A DNA stretch of 64,000 bases from Cycas panzhihuaensis (Eukaryota > Plantae > Cycadophyta): NCBI GenBank assembly GCA_023213395.1, contig CM041465.1, positions 195,121,741 to 195,185,740 of the forward strand, in the 5' to 3' direction. The notes beneath the pieces were generated by a model. The model saw only the letters and a program-made list of their open reading frames with translations. It was not told the origin of the DNA and ran no database searches. Every line of letters starts with the position of its first letter. Positions within the stretch are counted from its first letter, which is position 1. The translations under genes were made by a program, and so were the position numbers. Below are positions 39,438-52,445 of the stretch, piece after piece.

Positions 39438-39833
39438 TGTTGGATTTAAGGATGATGTTCTAATACCAAAATGTTGGGAATAACATGTAAAAGTTGTGTA
39501 CTATGAAAATATAATATACAATGACAAGTAATAGACAATGAAAGTGAATGTCAAATATACAAATGATATACAAAAGATGAAATATGTATAAACATATACA
39601 CAACAAATATATAAAATAATAGTCAAACTTCATTTTATTAAAAGAATTATGTATATATTTAAAGAATGCCTCACCTCATATGGAGAATCTTTTAGGTCAA
39701 CGTTTGTGTATTGTCACACTTTCTAAATGGCATACATGCTAAAGTGACTACAATATAGTATTTACTAAATAATGGGATAATGAGAATAAAGTCAGTGATA
39801 ATATTTAATGTAATTAGATATTACTATTTAATA
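39438..39833 (-). repeat. 3' LTR of element F
   Basis: Collinear with 42863-43258, same length, strongly diverged. Confidence 0.8.
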
Positions 39834-42800
39834 CTTACCACTCGTCCCACCCCTAATATATAATTACATAATATGAAATATCACATCAACAATACAAATT
39901 TATCTTCAAATCTGTTAAAACCAAACTATTTTAAATAACATGAAATGTTGTTGATGCCTATATGAAGGAAGCTCCATCTACCAAACCACATGGGTAACCA
40001 ATTGTTGTGGCCACGAATTTACTAAGTCGCTTCTTTGAGTACGTGTTCCTATTAATGCTACATCAACATCACTCTAGAAACATGTTCTACGTGGTCAAAC
40101 AAATATAATACAAAAAAAAAAACAAGGGTAGCTAAAAAAAAGTGTCCCACCTCTTGCCAAATGGGTTTATGAATAGCTTCTTTGGCAATGCACACCTGAA
40201 AATACACCATACATCAACAACTATGGTTGGAAATGCAACTCACATCAACATCTATAGTCGAAAATCTCAAAGTCATTGATAACTATTGGAATTACATGAT
40301 AAAGAGGCCTTCTTGGTTTTACACATGAACTCTATGACCTCACAAATGCCACAATGGATTTACAAAGTCCAATAATACAACTTAACAATAACATAAAATG
40401 TTTAAAACATGACATAAAATGGATGTGACTCACTAAACATTAAAAATGACTCTCTCCTAATAACAATTTTTAATAATAAATAGAGTTCTCTAGAACTTAT
40501 AGAAGAGCATGTGTGACAAATTTTTACATTTCCCCCCTTATGGGGTTACATTACATCAATAGAATACTCATCAAATGTGTTTAAATATAATGAAAAACTC
40601 ATAGAAAATAACTTGTTTTAAAACTTTTGTTGATTTTGAACTAATTTTTTTGTAACAAATCAACTCCAAAATACTTTGTGTGACCTATCATTGTTAAAGG
40701 GGTTGAATTAACTTCTTAGTACAACTTTCAAATCTAAAAGCAAACTCCATATGCTCAAGATATTTTTAAAAATGTGAAACCAAATATTTATAAAAATGAA
40801 GGGGGGTGAAAAATTAGTATTAAGCCTCTTTTGTGCCAGATTATTGGTTACGTAACATCACCATGTGACCTATGAGCTAATCATTAAAGGCTACTAAACT
40901 TCAAAGTGTTATGGAATATAATTTAATTCAAATCTTGACTTGCAATTTTTTTTATGTCTGCCAAAACAAGACGTTATTGAATTTGAAAATTTATTAAATC
41001 TCATTAAATATCATATTAGACATTGAAATTAATAAAAAAAGACAAAACACTTTTATTGGCATTTATTTCTTCAGAGAGGCAATGACCCTACATGCTCTCG
41101 ACTCTAATATTTTATTCAAGTTGTGTTGCAAGTTTGTGCATTTTTGCAAGTCGATGATGGTAAGCAGGGCATCTCCCAAAATATTAATCGCCAAACAATA
41201 AATGTCATGGAGATAACCATGGTCTTTGTGATGAACTCAGTGACAACACCCTTTGATATGAGCAACTTGCTTGTGGGGAACCTTCTAATACAATAATACA
41301 ATTGTCTAGGTGCCGAGATAAGTAGTCTAATAATCGATTGCAAAGAAAGGTTTTATAACCGTGCCATTGGCACACTCGTAATCGCAATCCCATTATTCTT
41401 CAATGATGTTATTTGGTCTATTGCTTTCTTTCTATCTATTTGTTACTAGAGACGTGTATATGCTCATTATATGAGCTTGAGCATGCTTCCTTCTCTTTCG
41501 GGCAATTCATCCCATGCATTCTGAGAGCCCTCCTCATTGCTACCATCTTTAGGCTTCTCTCCCTCCCTTTAAAGGTTCCTACCATCTATGTATTTGATTC
41601 CACACTAATGTCACTATGTGTGCCCTTCCGATGGGGTTTCACTTTGATCTCTACCTACCTGTTAAACATATCATCTTATGATAATGTTTGGTTTCCTCCA
41701 TGCCTTGTCATTGCATGTTTTTCTCCATACTATGTGTGGAGTGATGATCTTTGAGCCTTCTAACATGGTCTCTATTACGCACTAATTCTTCATACATACA
41801 GAAGTTCATCTCTTCTTCATCAAGCCTGCCAAGCCATATGAGCTCCAAGGGTTTTGACAGTGCATTCTCTCCAATCTGTTAATGAGAATTGCTATGCCAT
41901 TTTCTTTGGTACTGAAACACCTTTCACAAGACATACAACTATATATGCACCACATTTATCGCACAAAAAATGTCTTTTTTACTTTTGATATTCACTTTGC
42001 AAGGTTTATGCTATTACAAATTTTAAGGGTTAAAACAAGCTTTTGAACCCTTCAAAAAAAAAGCACCCTTATATGTGTATTTTTAAACATTTAAACCCTA
42101 CTAGGTTTCAATTCAACAACAACCTTGGAAACAAACTCTTAACCAAATTTCTAGGGACCCTCTTTTTCTTTTTTTTCTTTTTAACATTATCTTTATAAGA
42201 GTTTTACAGCCTGCTACAAAAGCATATTCATATTTTAGTAGATAATATGACTTCAAGCAACTATTAAAACTTTATTTTTCTTCAAATTTTTTTAACAGTG
42301 GACTTGTTCCCTCTACAAGGTGATCAAGCCTACATAAACAATTAATCTGCTTTATTCTTCTTCAATCAGTAGCTTCAGAATACATGCTTCTACGACCTCA
42401 AATAAGGAAACAAAAAAAAAAAACACTTGCAAGCAAATTTTTTACGATATGACATGCACAACAAATAGGTCACAAGAAAACATCTTCTCAACACAAAAAA
42501 ATCTATCATTTTCTGCCATAAAAAAAAATATTTTTGTAGCTTCATGTAGGCCCAAAATACTCAAAAAATGCACTAATAACAACCCCAAAATAACTTCAAT
42601 ATGAACTCCAAAATACATCAAAATATAGCAGTAAATAAGCCCTTAAATTTTTGTATATGCAATTTTTAAAAATGACCTCAAAATTTTTGAAAAAATAGCG
42701 CTCAAATAGCTTAATTTTTTCTTTAAAAAAAGATATGGTGCAAATCATTAAAAGGTTCCATAAAAATATTAAATTCATAAAATAATAACTCTTAAAAATG

Positions 42801-42862
42801 AAATGAAGTATGCTCTAAAATTGTCCTACCAAAGAATTGAATCTTGCGCTCTGATACCACTA

Positions 42863-43258
42863 TGTTAGATTTGAGGATAATGCTCTAATACTAAAATATT
42901 AGAGATAATGTGCATAAGTTATAAACTATGAAAATGGACTCAACAAGGACAAGTAATGGACAAAGGAGGTCAATGTAAGATAAACAAATAATACATGAAA
43001 CATGAAATATGTACAAGTATATACACAAGAAATATATGGAAAAATTGTCAAACTCCGTTTTCTTAAAATAATCATGTACATATTTATAAAATATCTCACC
43101 TCATATAGAGAACCCTCTAAGTCAACCTTTGTGTACTGAGACATTTTTCAAGTGGCACACATGTTAAGATTACCATAATATAATATTCACTAAATAATGA
43201 GAGAGTGAACATGGGATTAAGGATAACATCTAATACAATTAAATGGCACTATCCAACA
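42863..43258 (-). repeat. 5' LTR of element F
   Basis: 3 nt from the PBS TGGTATCAGAGC; contains an internal PBS-like copy at 42882-42893. Confidence 0.8.
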
Positions 43259-46149
43259 TAAAGGAAGTTGTTCATACTATGGAGTGCATTAATATTTTAT
43301 GTATAACTTTAAGGTCTAAATTTTAATAAAAAGAAAATATGTTACTTTCTATAGTACTCTCATGATATACTTTATTGGGCCAATTAATATGGTTACTTAA
43401 ATTTCCCCCAAGATGATCTTCAATCTTTTTGGGCATTCCCTTTGGATTCCAAGCCTTTCTTGTTGCCATATGGAATGTGGTTGTCCGTCGAGTGACCATA
43501 ACATTCAAATATTATAACATGAGGCAAATGTCCCTTATTGCCAAGTATTATCAAGACTCTGCCAAGATTTTGGCAACAACTCATGTTTTACTCTTCCTAT
43601 TTAATGCTCTCTAAAATTACTTATCATAAGCTCATCAAATTGATAAAAGCATTTCTTTAATCAACCTTCAAAACCAAGATAGGGTTTCATAAACTCAATA
43701 AGAAAACTTATTGCATACCTGAGAAGAAAGGAAGCATTGGTATCATTGAAATTCACAAGCAAGGTATGCTTTATGTCCTCAAGCCTAAGAAGGCCAAGAT
43801 GCCTCGATGATCAAAAGCAACATCTTTAAAGCAACTCCTTAATAGTGGAACTCATCTCTTCAAGGTTTGTTGCTCATACCAATTCCAAGAAAAGTTAGAA
43901 AGCATTCCTTTATTTAAAAGTGTATGGAACCCATGGGAAAGATGCAAGACCCCTCATTGATTGACAAGGGAATGAACACTCAATTTAGTCATCTCTTCAC
44001 ATTTAGAGAGAGGGGTCTTACTTGGGAGAAATTCTTGAGTTTGTTGCATTTAGATTAGCTAGGAAAACATTTAGGTAATGCATGATTTATATTATTGTGC
44101 ACATATGTTGAAAGCCTTGGAAAACAATTAGAAGGGAGTCTTCACCATAGCCAACTCTTCCTTAAGCCCAATTCCACCTCATAAGTGCCCTAATGGAAGG
44201 ACTAGGTTTGGAATGTCTCTCAAAGCTTCACTAAATACTTTACCTCCCTTATGTATTCTATTAGCACCTCAAGTTGACATTACAAATAAGCTCAGTAGGT
44301 TATGGAGCTCAAAAAACTCAACATCTATGTGGAATAAAATGTTTCAAGGCATTTAGAAGGCTCTTATCAAGTCCAAGACATAGTTATTTGCCTTGACAAA
44401 CGCCCACCACGCTCTTGCTACTAAAGTGAGGCTAGACAACACAAATACATATGATGCATAGCCCAATATATGGTGAAAGAGAGAAATGGTTAATGAAAAA
44501 TTTAGATGGCTATCAACTTTGTCGAGAATGATGCAACCCTAGTAAAGAATATTTCATGCTACTTGACAAGTACTCAAGATTGCGGCTTTGTTTGCCATAT
44601 GGAAGAATATAACTAATTTTGTTTTCACTATAAGCCTCAATTCAAGGAGGTTTATGGCCATGTGTGTCTATCTTAAATAATTTTGCAATGCAAATTAAAA
44701 TACATGCTAAATCCTAAAAAGTTTCATTACTTATCATCACTTCCTTTAAAGGTACCTTTTGAAGAGGAGAAAGGATGGTGACAGAAAAGGAAGCCAAAGG
44801 TTTGATGCTATATTGAGTGGATTGAATGCATGAATTATTATTACCCACCATTTTAGAGCCCCCTTCCATTTAGTGGTCTACTAGGGTATGTTAGGTCATA
44901 TCTGTAAGTTATCTATGCTCTTTCATACCAAGTGTCATAATGATTGCGTCGAGAAGTGATCAATCCTTCGCAACAGTGATCACAAAGCAACAGTAGACCA
45001 AACTAAATTCAACACTTTTTGAGTTTACATAAGGAGAATGGCTTCGAAGAGAGCTCGAGAGTTCATATCGAAGGTCTTCAATGAGGTGAATCAAATCTCC
45101 CTTATGTTTCCTTGGATATAAAGGTTGTTTCTAATGCCATGTTTGAAGTCTATGCTCGTGTGCTTATAGGCTATTTTATCAATCAAATCACCCTGAGCCA
45201 ATCTTAGGGCAATGGGTCAAAGACTCCATTGAGGTATTCCAATGGAAAGTTAGTACAATTAAAAAGCTATCAAGAGGTATTTTTAACCTTTTCATTTCAT
45301 CTTTAAAACCCAAAGACATCTAAGAAAGTGTGCAACCATGGCCAATGGGTGTGTAGGTGCAATTTGGTGGTTTTAAGTATTGGGAGCTTGGTTTCTTAGT
45401 AGACTGGACTATGACCTTCAAACATCCAAACTAGGTTGAATTTTTAGATCTTTCCATGCATCTGGGGCCTTTAGTTAAGGAGTTGGTCAACCCTCCTACA
45501 GATTTTATGTCTCCTTAACCTTGCTAGAGTTTTATCCAAGTCCCAATATCAAGCTCTATGCTAGAGTAGACCTTTCCAAGGCTCTTCCTGAGTATATACA
45601 AGTGTAGTGTGGGTCTGATACTCGTAAGCAACAAATGCAATTAAGCGTTCCTAATGCTTGCTTCAGATGTCACTCGTAAAAATGGAATTAAGGGTTATCC
45701 ATTAGTGCATATATATAAGAATAAGGTTGCCTCTCCCAAAGTTGACATCCCCAACATTGTATTTGAGTATGAGAATGGTTGGATTAAGGTGCATAACAAA
45801 AAGATTGTGGAAAGGGCCTCGAAGCCAAGACCTTAGCAGATACCTTCTAAGTCCCCAACTCAACCTCCAAGCAAACTAGTTACAACTCCAAACGAGAGGA
45901 CGAGAGTCAAAAAGCTCAAGGGCAAAGCTCTTGAAGCTAAACCTAAGTTTTATGACCCCCAAACCAATTTCCCTTTTCAAACTCCCTAAACTCCAACAAG
46001 TTAGAGGAAGATCTAAAGAAGATAAGGATAAGAATTCCATTAAAAGCTACTTTGACCCAATTATCAAGGAACCTAAACCTATGACCTTTCCATCTAACTC
46101 AAGCAAATTCTCGATATTAGCTACCAAATTGAAGGAAGAAGGTGGTAGT

Positions 46150-46831
46150 ATGGATATTAAAGAATCTAATGATGAATGTTGTTAATTATAGCTCTAAAGA
46201 GTTGTCTAATCAATTTAGACACATTCTAGTCAAAAGATTTTGTCACAAGGGAAAGTTGTCTGATGTCATGTGTTTGCAAGAAGTAAAGTGTTCAAGTAGC
46301 AGTTTAAAGTTTGATGTTGCCTATATATGGCATGATGTTAAAACCTTCTCGACCAAACCCATCGAAGGTTTAGGAGTCATCATCATCCTAGTTAAATGTT
46401 CTTTACTGAATAGTATTGTTGCTTCTGGAGCAAGCCCTAATAATAGATGTGTATAGGCCTTATCGAGAATGGACAACTTTGTTAGGGATAGCAAACATAT
46501 ACGCCCCTAACTCTTCACAAGAAAGATCTTAATTATGGAATCAGCTTAGCTCCAACTTATGGGAAGTTCCATGGCTTTTGTATGGTGATCTTAACATGAT
46601 AGAGGCATCTTATGATAAAAGTCAATAGAAAACCCTTTCAGTAGAATCAAGAAGAAAGAATAGTCTCTGACTTTTAAAAATAAGCTAGGTCTATATGATC
46701 CCAATGCCTCTAAGAGGTTTGAGGGTTCAGATCCTTGGTTCACATGGTCAAATCTCCATGATAAGTATGATAGAATTTTGAAGCAACTTGACATGGTGAT
46801 GTTGTTAAATGATAATCGTCTTTGCCTTTCC
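46150..46831 (+). pseudogene. L1 ORF2 AP-endonuclease domain, N-terminal part
   Basis: LQE, NIYAPN, GD(F/L)N and FTWSN motifs. Confidence 0.8.
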
Positions 46832-47340
46832 TATTAGTAAGCATGGTCAAAGATTAACATGTGGCACAAGTCATGTGGCAGAAGTTAATGCTTCATGTGG
46901 TCATGAGAAGAATCGAGATATGAAGAGACAAGTATCGAGATTCAAAGGGACACGAACAATCAAGATATGAAGAGATGCAAATATTGAGATTTGATAGGAT
47001 GCAATGAAGAGTCATAGGACATGATGAAGAATCACAACTCTTGGCTGAACATACCCTTTGGATAATATAAAAAGCGTAGGTTTGAAAAATCATCGAATAA
47101 AATCCATTTAATCATCCAGGTTTCAATCACCTAGTGATTTGCAATGTAATCATTGTTGTTTCTAATTGATCATCAATCTTTTGTGTGTAGATTTTTCTCA
47201 AAAGAGTTTCCCACATAAACCTATGTCTTTTGCATGTTTTTTCTTCTATTACATGATGTGTTTGCTATGCAAGGAATGCAAAGGTTTGGCAAAAATTCAC
47301 GTCGCATAAAGGAAAGCCTAAGCATATACGAATTCTTACA
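46832..47340 (+). repeat. 5' LTR of element G
   Basis: Collinear with 58543-59044 but quite diverged; ends GAATTCTTACA. Confidence 0.85.
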
Positions 47341-48855
47341 TAATATCAATGTTGTCCTGGATCGTGCATAGCATTGTAGAGTTGTTGAAGAACCAAATCG
47401 GGTTATTGACAAGGTTGGTAACGCGACCAACGTCCAATAAATTGACTGTGATCTTCTTTGACAACTTGAAGAACAAAATAACAGTGACAATAATCAATCT
47501 TATGGAGAAAATAAGCCATGTGGAGCCCATTTTTTGTCTTTTTTTATGATTTTTTGTTCTTGAATCTTCATGTGTGTAAGGGTTTGTGTTTGAGCTACGT
47601 ACAGTAGTGTTTGGATAACTAATAACCTCCAAAGGAGTTTGGGATCGGTTTGCTGGCAAGAAGTTGAAGATTATCAACTTTTTCCATCACTGGTAGGCTA
47701 TTTTCACTCATTGGAAACCTATGGGAGCCCATTTGTTGGAACCAAAAGTTGTCTGATATTTGTATCTAAGCTATGGAGGATTTTGAACAAACTTGGGCTC
47801 ACTTTAGAGGCTAGAAGACACATTGGGCATCTCGCGAAGCTTTGGGAGCCATTTTTTTACCAAAATGGTGAGAGGTCTCTTATGTTTCTATTGTTTTTCA
47901 ATGTTTAGCTATGTAAAAATTGTGTTGGTGCCTTGAGAAAGGTGTTTGGGCTCGAGTCCGAGCCATTTGTTGAGTTATTCAATGGTTTAGAGCCTCTATT
48001 TCACCATTTAGGATCACACAATTGTGTGTGAAGAGCGGCTACTATTTTAAATAAAAGTAGCTAATATAAGTCAAATAAATTTGCCTTTTGATTAATTTTG
48101 AAGTTTCTAAAATTAAAACATTAGGGAATATATTGTTTTTGACTTTCGACATTTAAAAATAAGGTGAAAAAAGTGATTTTATCAAAAGTTGCAACATTCT
48201 AAATTGAATATGAACTCAACCATTTCATCTGTCTTAATCACAATCATAGTGCAAGACCAAGATCCAACCATTACAACCGTTTTTCGTGCCATTTTGCTAT
48301 CACACAAAAAGGTAACAAGCAATTTTTTGGTGATTTTTTGCCATTTTTTATTGTTTTTCTGCCTTTCAAACGTGTTGGGTGCACTCGGGGTTGCGTAGAT
48401 GTTGTTCATTGATTGCTATTGCCTTATGATCAACTATGTCAACCATTGAAGTGAAAGGCATGGAAGTTGTTAGTTGTTTAAAGCCAAAACAAACCATTTT
48501 TTGGCATTTTGGACATAATTCTGAGCTATTGGGCTCTTATTTGTTGCTAGAACAATGATGTATATCTATTGGGCACCATGTAGAAATTATTTATGACAAA
48601 GCAACCCATTTAAGAGGTTGTTATATTAGTTTCAAGCTAATTTTGAGCTAGTTATTATCTATTGAGACTATTTCAAGCCACAATGGATGTGTTGGAGTCA
48701 GGAAAAGAGGTCGTGGACGTAGAACAAGTTGTGGGGAACATGTTTAACAAGCATGTGGGCCACATTCATCAATATTGAGGTCTTTTATGAAGTGATTTAA
48801 TCTACAAAGGTGTTCGTTGGTGAAATTGCACTCATTATTTTTAAATTTTCACATA

Positions 48856-50202
48856 TAGAAGTTGCCAACTGTGATTTTAAATGGTAACAACTTTAATGAA
48901 TGGAAGGCTAGTATGGAGTTGCATTTGATGGTGACTTAATTACGAACGATCACCAAGGATCTAATTACTGCTATCCCCCTCGATGAAAAGGTGAAACTTA
49001 TTGGAAGAGAAGTTTACATTGTGGAGTGTTAAACCCTATGATTCTCAATTTATACTTGGCGATGTCGGCACTATACCTATTAAGGGTGTTGGAACAGTAA
49101 CTCTTGCAAAGAGGATTTTCAACCAAGTGTATTATGCACTAGAGATAAATGAAAATCTTCTATTAGCATGGAAAATCTGCAAAAAGGGTTTGAAGATTGA
49201 GCTTTACAAAAATAAATGCCTGATTAAGGATCCAAAGAAGTGCTTTGCTATCATTGCAACTGGGTGTTCAAAAGTTTTCAAAATCCAAACCAATCATATG
49301 CCTTCGTTACTAGTGCAGATGATAGTAGTCGATTGTGGTATGAAAGGATATGGCATCTTAATTATGGCAGTATATCATTGATAAACAAGCTAAAGATGGT
49401 GAAAGTGTTGCCACAGATCTCATGTTTAGATGGTGTATGTGAAGGTTGTGTATATGGTAAGCATCACAAATATCGTTTTGTTTGAGATAAAACTTGAAAA
49501 ATCAAAGAGAAGCTACAACTTGTACACTCAAATAAGATGCGTCCGCTCCCCATTCCTTCCTTAAGTGGAGCTCTATATACCTTATAGTATTTGTAGATGA
49601 TTATACTAGGAAAACTTAGGTGTATTTTCTAAAGAACAAGTCATAAGTGTTTGATCGATTTCATAAATGGGAAGTTGGAGTCAAAAATCAAAGTGATAAA
49701 AAGATAAAACTTTTAAAGAGTAATAATAGAAAGGAACATGACAATCACACCTTTAATCAATTATGTCTTAGACATGGTATCGGACAAAAATTCGCAATCT
49801 CGTATACCCCACAACAAAATGGTGCCACGAAGCAGAAAAATCATACCATGATAGAGATGGCAAGGTGTACAGTGCATGCACGGAAGTTGTTACAAAACTA
49901 TAGGGTTGAAGTTGTAGGGATTATTGTTCATGTGTTGAATTGTGTGCCAACTAAAGTAATCAATTGCATGACACCAAAAGAAAAATGGATTAATCAGAAG
50001 CCTTCCGTTGATTATTTTGAAGTTTTTTGGCACATTGCATATGCACACGTCCTTGATGATAAACACAAGAAGATGGATCGCAAGAGTCGAAAATATGTCT
50101 TTGTGGGGTATTTTGATTAGAACAAAGGCTATCAATTGTGGAATCCACAATTGAAAAAACTTGAGGTTAGTCCAAATGTTAAGTTTGGCAAGTCAATGAC
50201 AC
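48856..50202 (+). pseudogene. Element G gag fragment, protease tail and integrase
   Basis: LWYERIWHLN, CEGCVYGKH, VDDYTRK and YTPQQNG motifs. Confidence 0.85.
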
Positions 50203-50554
50203 TGAAAGAGATTAATATTACAAGGTCATTTAGATAAATTATTTAGACAAAATAACTTTACATATAATAACTTAAGTGAAAGATAAATTACATCACTTAA
50301 GTGAAATGCACATTAGGTGTATTTAGATGTGATTTCATTGCAATTTCCTATGAATGTCATTAGGTGGAAAAATCCTAACCCTAATACACTCAATTATAAA
50401 AGATGATGTCTCATGGACGGTGATATACTTCTCACCTCTCATTCTTAAGTTCTCATTTAGTTCTTCAATTATTGCTCTCATTTCTTCTTGTCTCCATTAA
50501 TTTGTCAATGTTGTAGTATTTGTGATTAGACACTAGATCCCATCTTCCCTTTCA
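50203..50554 (+). repeat. 5' LTR of element H
   Basis: TG...CA; matches 57451-57802. Confidence 0.94.
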
Positions 50555-52445
50555 TGTGGTATCAAAGTGAGGGTTATTTCATCCTCATTGCACTAGTAAG
50601 GAGACCATTTCCTCTCCTCCACAATCCATGTGGAGCATTGAGAGTGAAAATATTATTTTATTTTGAGAGTTATTTCATTTTTTCAAAATATTATCTTGCA
50701 AATATTTGTATCCTCTCTCCTTGTTACAAGTCTACAAGAGGATCTAGTTTTCTAGCTTCCAATCCCCTCAAGTTGTAGCTTTTGCACCCATTTTTCAAAT
50801 TTCTAAAGAGAAACTCTGACAAAATTTTATCAAAATTCAAAGCCAACCAAAAAGGTGATATTTCGAGCCAACAAAGGAGCAGATCAATTGTTTACAGTCT
50901 ACAAAAAATTGTACATACAACAATTGTATTGACAGTACGGTCATCCATATAGTATACGACCCAAAAAAATCAAAGTTATCAAATCAAGCTTAAATTTTGC
51001 AAAGAGAATCGTCATCCTCCTGATTAACTTTCTCCTATGGGTCGACCTCAGATTTAGCCTTGAAATGCCAAAAATCAAGCAAAAATAGTCATGGACCCCA
51101 AAAAGTGTTTTTTTCTAGATCTTTGTCAGATTTTTGAATTTCAGCTAGTGAAACCACATGGATCTGGAGTGTTTTTTCACGATCTATCCATTGGGACTAG
51201 TTTCATCAAATTCCAATGCTAGATTTGAAAGATACGAGTCACTTTTCTATTTGGACGAGTATGTCAATTGTGCCCTAAAATCAGTAATGTTTCAATTTCT
51301 AAATTTTTTTTTTTTACAGATCTGACTTCAAATCCAAGCAATGTAGGTCCTATTTTATATTTCGAAAAAATTTCACCTTTTTTTTCCTAAAAGGAAATGG
51401 AGGGAAAGGGGTTTAAGCATTTTCAAAAATTCAAAATTTCAAAGAGAAGGAAAATTTGTAGAAGTATTGGGTCACCTAGATCAGAGCAAAATCTAGTGTC
51501 CATACTTCATATTTTTGCATGAATTTTCAACACATAAAAGCTCATCAAAATGCAAACAAAAAGGCACATAAGAAAAGCAAGCACTTCAAGTATTTTACAA
51601 ACAAGTTTTAATTTAAATTTTCAGCATATCGAAAACATTTTCACATCTTTCCATAAAATGAACATATCTTGATCGATTATTCCACTAACTTGTACATGTT
51701 GGCACACTCACCAGGGTTGAGATGCCCTGGTTGGCAGAATTATGTGCCGTAAAGGAGGTGTGGGGCTCAAGTTAGGTCTAAACATAACTGGAATAGTGGT
51801 GAGGCGATTGGTTAACCATTCCAACAGGCTCCAATCAAGGACTATCCTGATAGCCATCCGAGAAAATTGAAACTTAATGCAAGATTAAAATGAACCTAGA
51901 CTAATATCTATCATAGTTGTGTATATGCAGTATTGCTTGACTCTTCAGAGGAGATATATCACTACTCATTGGTGAACTAGGTAAGAATTGGGAGTACCTG
52001 GGCTCCGCTACAACTTGGATTTCATCACTAAGTGTATTTGCGGGTATTGCGAGTGAAGATCATCCTTAACTCAACTAGAAGCCTTAGGCATCCTTGATTA
52101 CATTTGAACACAACCTCAACTACATCTGGACACAAGTATGAGGTTAGTGGTATGATCACACATTCGACCTTTTTGGACTTTAGTTGTGTGCACCACTAAA
52201 TGCTCGACTCTCATTTGGCCACTTGTTATTTTTTCCACAATGATCCAATTATAAACTCTTCATCACAATTCCCTATTGCGTCAAGTGTCATTACCACAAG
52301 TATTTGTAGCCCATTTTCACATAAGTGCTTTTCAAAATCCTATTGTGTTAGGCTAATTCGTCATAAGTGATGGTGGCATTTTGTAAATAAATTCACATTC
52401 TTTTCTATTATTTTGCTTCATCCAGATTATTCCCAATCAGTCATC

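Larger units (their letters stand above)
39438..43258 (-). mobile_element. Old non-autonomous LTR element F (3.8 kb)
   Basis: Two 396-bp diverged LTRs 39438-39833 / 42863-43258, TSD CAAAG/TAAAG (1 mismatch), perfect Met PBS 42848-42859, purine tract ~39841-39854. Only faint Copia pol traces remain (EAIHKPIWQEV ~40150-40180). Confidence 0.8.
39300..44700 (+). mobile_element. Old L1-type LINE ORF2 remnant interrupted by element F
   Basis: QIINRQMDGSSV (~39390-39432), then past F EVVHTMECINILC (43264-) and GIPFGFQAFLVAIWNVV...KILATTHV (43429-43614), parallel the second LINE's QIINGHFVDDSF...DTFHLASG...EIPFNFGASL...KIQAAMQV. Boundaries are approximate. Confidence 0.6.

Noticed and set aside
51468-51502. 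GGTCACCTAGAT...ATCTAGTGTCC hairpin in the H leader as a sixth copy of the conserved module
   Set aside because: It lacks the two upstream TAGCC boxes and the GTGACC arm is imperfect, so it was not counted.
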